NCBI RefSeq assembly: GCF_963921235.1
Contig: NC_086109.1
Coordinates: 13,270,001-13,334,000, forward strand
Length of the DNA stretch: 64,000 nt
Direction: 5' to 3'
DNA from: Mobula hypostoma
Taxonomy: Eukaryota
Below the pieces are notes generated by a model. That model was not told the DNA's origin. It saw only the letters and a list, made by a program, of their open reading frames with translations, and did no database searches. Shown here in pieces: positions 59,332 through 64,000 of the stretch. A program made the position numbers and the translations under genes. Within the stretch, counting starts at the first letter, position 1; the number at the start of each line of letters is the position of its first letter.

Positions 59332-61905
59332 TACCGGACCCACACGACCCCCTCCCAGCAATTTCCGTTCCTTCCCCACTCTCTTTCCCTCAACAGGTTC
59401 CAAACCACATTCACGCATCAAGCAAAACACAGCCAGCTTCCAGTCGAGCCAGCTCCTATCCCTGGCCCTGGCCAACATTTGAACCTTCCAGATACAGGTG
59501 TATTTTTACTACAATCAATTGAAACACCTTGATCTCCATTTAACTAATTATGTGACTCCTAAAACTAAATTGCTGCACCAGTGATGATTTGATGTGTCAT
59601 TAAATACTTATGCAGTCATTTCATGTTGTATTTTATGTTTGTAATTAATTTAGATCACTTTGAGGAGATCTGTTTTCACTTTGACATGAAATTTAGATCA
59701 CTTTGTAGTGATCTGTTTTCACTTTAACATGAGTCTTTTTCTATTGATCAGTGTCAAAAACGCCAAATTAAGTCAACTGTGACTCAGTGTTGTAGTAAAC
59801 AATAAAACATGAAAACTTCCTGGGGGGGGGGTGGTGGTGAATACATTTTATTGGCTCTGTACCTCAGTGCACTGAGCAATGATTTGATCTGTATGAACAG
59901 TATGCAAAACAAGCTATTCACTGTATCTTTTTCCATGTAACAATAAACCAATACCAAACTAAACCACTACAAGAACTCCACCTGGTACAATGTTTACAGG
60001 TGGACTCACTCCAGACCATTCCCAAAAGATCTTGTCATCAGGTCCATGTTAATATCAAAGCCTTGACTTCTTAAAGAGGCAAAATTATTGCTCTTTGCTG
60101 TTGAACGAGAACAATTTTCAGGGTTTAAGATTCAAGATTGTTTATCTCAGTATGCAACTGTAAAAGGGAATGAAATTATTGTTACTCTGGATCTGATGTA
60201 GCATAAAAGATACAATAAGCATAAAGAAACAAAGAAAACACAATAAATATAAATATAAAAGCAATTCTATAAAACACAGGGTAAAATATCTCTATATGTG
60301 GCTGTGTATGCATAGGATTAGTTTATATACTGTACATAGGCTGATTATATGTACATCGAGTGACACTAGGTGCACTAAGGTGACTTTGTATACAATTCTA
60401 TAAATTCCTGATGCGATATGTGAATAATCCCTTGTTGGGAATAAGTTGAAAGTTTCTCCAGTGATAGTCACTTAACTTGCTTTCTGCCCATTAGGGTTCA
60501 GGACAGTGACGTATTTCCTTCACCCCATCAGATCTCTCCTGATATCACATGCAGTGGTCCAGAAACTCCAGACCAGCCTCCACAGCTCTTTGCCATTATG
60601 CTCCCAGATGGCCTAGTAAGCAGTAATATCTTCCCCCTGCTGTAACCTGAACTCAGCCCCCTGGCTCCCACATTGCATATGCATTTTGAACACAAGTGTT
60701 GGCTTCTTCTTGATGCTGTGCATATCGGTTTTCATGCCACTCATAGTCCTGTGAGTCATTCACTTCTGTTGACCCTCACACGCAGTAGGGATCAACATTG
60801 GCACTCTTTCCAGTCAAGATGGCGCCCAGCTGCAGTCTTTGTCAAGGCTATGGCTCAGTTATATTTTAGGATTTTTTTTTAGATTAGATTTTTTAGAACC
60901 CCAAAGGTCAATCAAAAGTCCAGAAGTCGAGGCCCAATGACCACAGTCCTGAGTCCGTGAATCTCTGCAAGTCGGCTGGGGAAGTCAGAGGCCAAATGTT
61001 TGCAAATCGATGAGTCTGCTGGAAGTTGGTACCAAAGATGGCCTGTCCTGGGGTGAGACTACAGTGTATGTGGGTGGGTATTAAAGAGGGAAGATTTGTT
61101 TTGCAGTTATTGCTTTGTTGTTTCATATGTTCTTGTCATGAGCTCTTTGGGCTTGTGTGAGGATCCACAGAGCATTGGGCTCCAAGGGTTTTACAGCACC
61201 TGAACTGGTTAATTGTTGTTTAATAGTTAGAATTCCTTTTGTTTTTCTCTTGAGTGATTTGGTCTTTGTAATGTAGTCTCCTGGTGCTTTCTTTTTAAGC
61301 TCGTTATGTTATGAAACCACTCTCAGGGCTTCACAACTGGCCGTTGTTCGGCACGCCAAGGGCTCGGCCTAAGAGCTCCACTCGCCTTTGGAGGCCCAGG
61401 ATCTCGTGGCTCTGGAGATGGAGAGATTGAAGATCTGTGTCTCTACAGGGACACTTGTGTGTCATTGGAGATAGAAGATCTCTGGCTGTGTGCCCAGAGA
61501 CCCAAGATCTTTATGCACAGAGTTCGGAAAAAGCAGTGCAGCGGACTTCTAACATCATAAACCAGTGAATTGTTTGTTATGTCTCCCCTCTCGCTGTGAA
61601 ATGGAGACATTTTTGTCCCTTATTAGGGAGAGAGAGAGCCTGTGGTATGTCGTATACCAGGTGAACAATGATTTGAACTTTTCTGAGGAACAACCTTCTG
61701 CAAGACAAAACTCTGGGGATTAATAGATCACACAAGCTCTCCCACCACACCAAAGCACAGACACAAGGAAAGAACTGGCAATAATTTCCTTTTAACATTT
61801 CTGAGATGGTTGTAATATAGTTGGACAGGATTTGTTGTCACATTATCTTGCAGTTTTATTGAGACTGGAAACTCTGGCTTTCGTTTGTGTTTGTAAACTT
61901 ACATA

Positions 61906-62939
61906 CAGTGCTATACAAAAGTCTAAGGTTATATACACACACACATACAGTATGCCTGGGGTGCCTAAAGGCTGATTTATACTTGTGTGTACCAGCTTAC
62001 GCTGTAGCCTATGCAAGTGGGCAACACCGTTGTGAGCAGTTATACTTGTGCGTTGGTGTGTCTGCATCGCTCTGCAATTCGCGCACGTCATGCATGCGCA
62101 CACACCTGCCCGTGCAAGGCTTCATGGTCATGGTAGTCTTTCTCGGGGTAAACAAGTTTAAAGCGAGTGTCTTTTTTTGTAAAAGTGAAATGTATCCTCC
62201 ATAATTTCGGAGGTCTGTAAAGCTTTATGGAAAGCATTGCAGCCAGAGTTCCTTGCCTGCCTTTCAGTCGCCCAATGGGAAGCTATTGTAGCGCAGGAGG
62301 AAGTGCGATGCTACCAAGCGGACCAATCACAGTTGTTGCAGTCTGCGTTGCCGCGACGCGTAGTTACATTTTGGGAGAAGTGCGCATCAGGCTACGGCAT
62401 AGGGATCCGTGTAGACATTGCGTAGGGTTCATGGCGACGTCGTATCTACGGTGTCGATTTGATGCACAGGTATAAATCAGCCTTAAGACTTTTCCACAGA
62501 ACTGTATTTGAAAATGTGGACCAGAGAGCAAGTTTGTAAATCTGGTGGGAGCAAAGTATGTTGGGAATGGTGAGGGCGGAGCGTCGCAGAAGGGGCGTGG
62601 GTCAGGTGGCAGAGGAGTGCCGGGGTGGGGGTTGGTGCAGGTGCTGACGCGCGAACCCCTGAGATTCCAAGTAATTGGTGTATTGATTATTACAGAATGT
62701 CCCTCTCATGTTTCCCGCTCCCTTTTTCCCGACCATGATTCCCCTCTCCCTGCTCCCTTCCCACTCTCAGTCCGCAATAGAGACCCATATCAAAATCAGG
62801 TTTATCAGCACTCACAAATGTCATGATCTTTTTTCTGCAACAGCAGTACAGTGCAATACATAAAATTATTACAGTACTGTGCAACAGTCTGAGGCAACTC
62901 TAGCTATATATATGTACCTAAGACTTTTGCACAGTACTG
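61906..62939. mobile_element. Non-autonomous Tc1/mariner-type element with hairpin-like ends (copy 2)
   Basis: TA|CAGT..ACTG|TA; each end contains 'gcaaaagtcttagg..cctaagacttttgcacagtactg'-like pairs. Confidence 0.7.
61969..62483. mobile_element. PIF/Harbinger-type MITE
   Basis: TIR AGGCTGATTTATAC(T/C)TGTG at both ends; 3-bp TSD TAA; removing it restores 'gtgcctaagactttt'. Confidence 0.8.
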
Positions 62940-63459
62940 TACATTAAAAAGGACTGAAATTTTCTTAGTAAGAAGGTAATTTTCCATAATAGATTACACA
63001 AACCACTGCACTACCATGCTGCTCTAAGATGGGACATGACACACCAGAGATTATTAACCTGCAAGCCACAAGGATATGACACATCAGAAATAACAAGGAC
63101 TAATTCCAACTCCCATTAGCACTTCAAGTTGGACAGCTCTGAAGGAGACAAAAAGATAAACATCCATGGGGCTTCCTGTTACTGGAAATATTTATTCTTG
63201 ATCCCTCCTGAGAGAATCTCGGGCAATGTTTTGACCCTTTCTCATTTCATTCACTACAGGAGAGCAAAATCTGTTGAACAGTGAATGCATTACTGAATGA
63301 AAATAGAAAATGCTGTAGGTCAAGCCACATCTGTGGGAAGAGAACTAGTATCAATGTTTCAATTCAAGGACCTCCCCTTTGCTATTGAAAGATGCCCTTT
63401 AGGAAGACCAAAACCATTTCATGGTTTGGAGGCTTGTATGCCTCAGTACAAATCAATAG

Positions 63460-64000
63460 GAACAAGCAGGCTTCCGTAAGGGCAGAAGCACCACTGAGCA
63501 GATTTTCAACCTCCGCACCCTCTGTGAGAAACACCTTCAGCACCAGAGAGAGTTCTACCACATCTTCATAGACTTCAGAAAGGCGTTTGACAGAGTCTGG
63601 CATGATGCCTTATGGGCCAACATGAAGAAATTCAACATGGGGCAGAAGCTGATTCATACAATCCATCAGCTTTACGCAAGGCAACCAGTGCAGTGGTCGC
63701 TCAGGGCACCATCGGGGAGTGGTTCCATACCTCTGTAGGAGTCCGTCAGGGCTGCCTCCTCTCCCCCACTCTCTTCAACATCTTCCTGGAATGAATCATG
63801 AGTGTTGCCCTTGAAGATCATGTGAGCAGAGTCAGCATTGGAGGGAGGAACATCACAAACCTAAGATTTGCTGACAACATTGATGGACTTGCAGGAAAAG
63901 AGGACAAACTGGTCAACCTGGTCAGCCATCTTGACAGAGCCTCCACAAAGTCTGGAATGGAAATAAGTGCCGAGAAAACCAAGCTCATGGCAAATACCAA
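63460..64000 (+). mobile_element. RTE-clade LINE RT fragment (runs off the window)
   Basis: EQAGFRKGRSTTEQIF, FIDFRKAFDRVWH, GVRQGCLLSPTLFNIFLE, NLRFADN, ISAEKTK; contains a frameshift and a stop. Confidence 0.85.

Larger units (their letters stand above)
52255..59470 (-). mobile_element. Near-full-length Nimb/I-clade LINE inserted in Tc1
   Basis: 16-bp TSD GCCAACA(G/T)TTGAACCT (52239-52254/59471-59486); ORF1 and ORF2; conserved 3' stem-loop. Confidence 0.92.
48766..59859 (-). mobile_element. Tc1 transposon split into three pieces (48766-49278, 52017-52254, 59471-59859) by nested insertions
   Basis: TIR-like end 'tacag..gtattcacc' with TA; MKTEEHSRQL..REATKKP; WKNVLWSDETKIELFG; TVKHGNG..WGCF, FQQDN. 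Confidence 0.85.

Noticed and set aside
1..64000. Prokaryotic systems (CRISPR arrays, retrons, DGRs, operons)
   Set aside because: All RTs are eukaryotic retrotransposon types; repeats are dispersed TE copies, not regularly spaced repeat-spacer arrays

Overview
Eukaryotic (vertebrate) genomic DNA, not prokaryotic. The repeat landscape (V-SINE/HE1-like SINEs, abundant CR1, Penelope-derived 'cacaaaatgctggaggaactcagcagg' repeats) suggests a cartilaginous fish, probably a ray; this is inference. Most of the 64 kb is transposable-element sequence. It holds two TSD-bounded Nimb/I-type LINEs (gag-like ORF1; APE-RT-RNase H ORF2) and two young Penelope (Neptune-like, RT+GIY-YIG) insertions. It also holds CR1, Rex1/Babar, L1, RTE and HERO fragments, a Gypsy remnant, hAT/Buster, Tc1, mariner and Harbinger-type DNA elements, and SINEs. 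One candidate host-gene coding exon (17551-17877, +) suggests the window is largely intronic. Two signals stand out. First, about 10 copies of a minimal hammerhead-ribozyme motif with a palindromic, loop-less stem III sit in the Penelope ends and in short TSD-flanked fold-back derivatives. Second, there is a three-level nested insertion (Tc1 > Nimb > Penelope, plus CR1) whose order can be read from its TSDs. Many boundaries of old repeats are approximate, and all family calls are by motif recognition, not database search.
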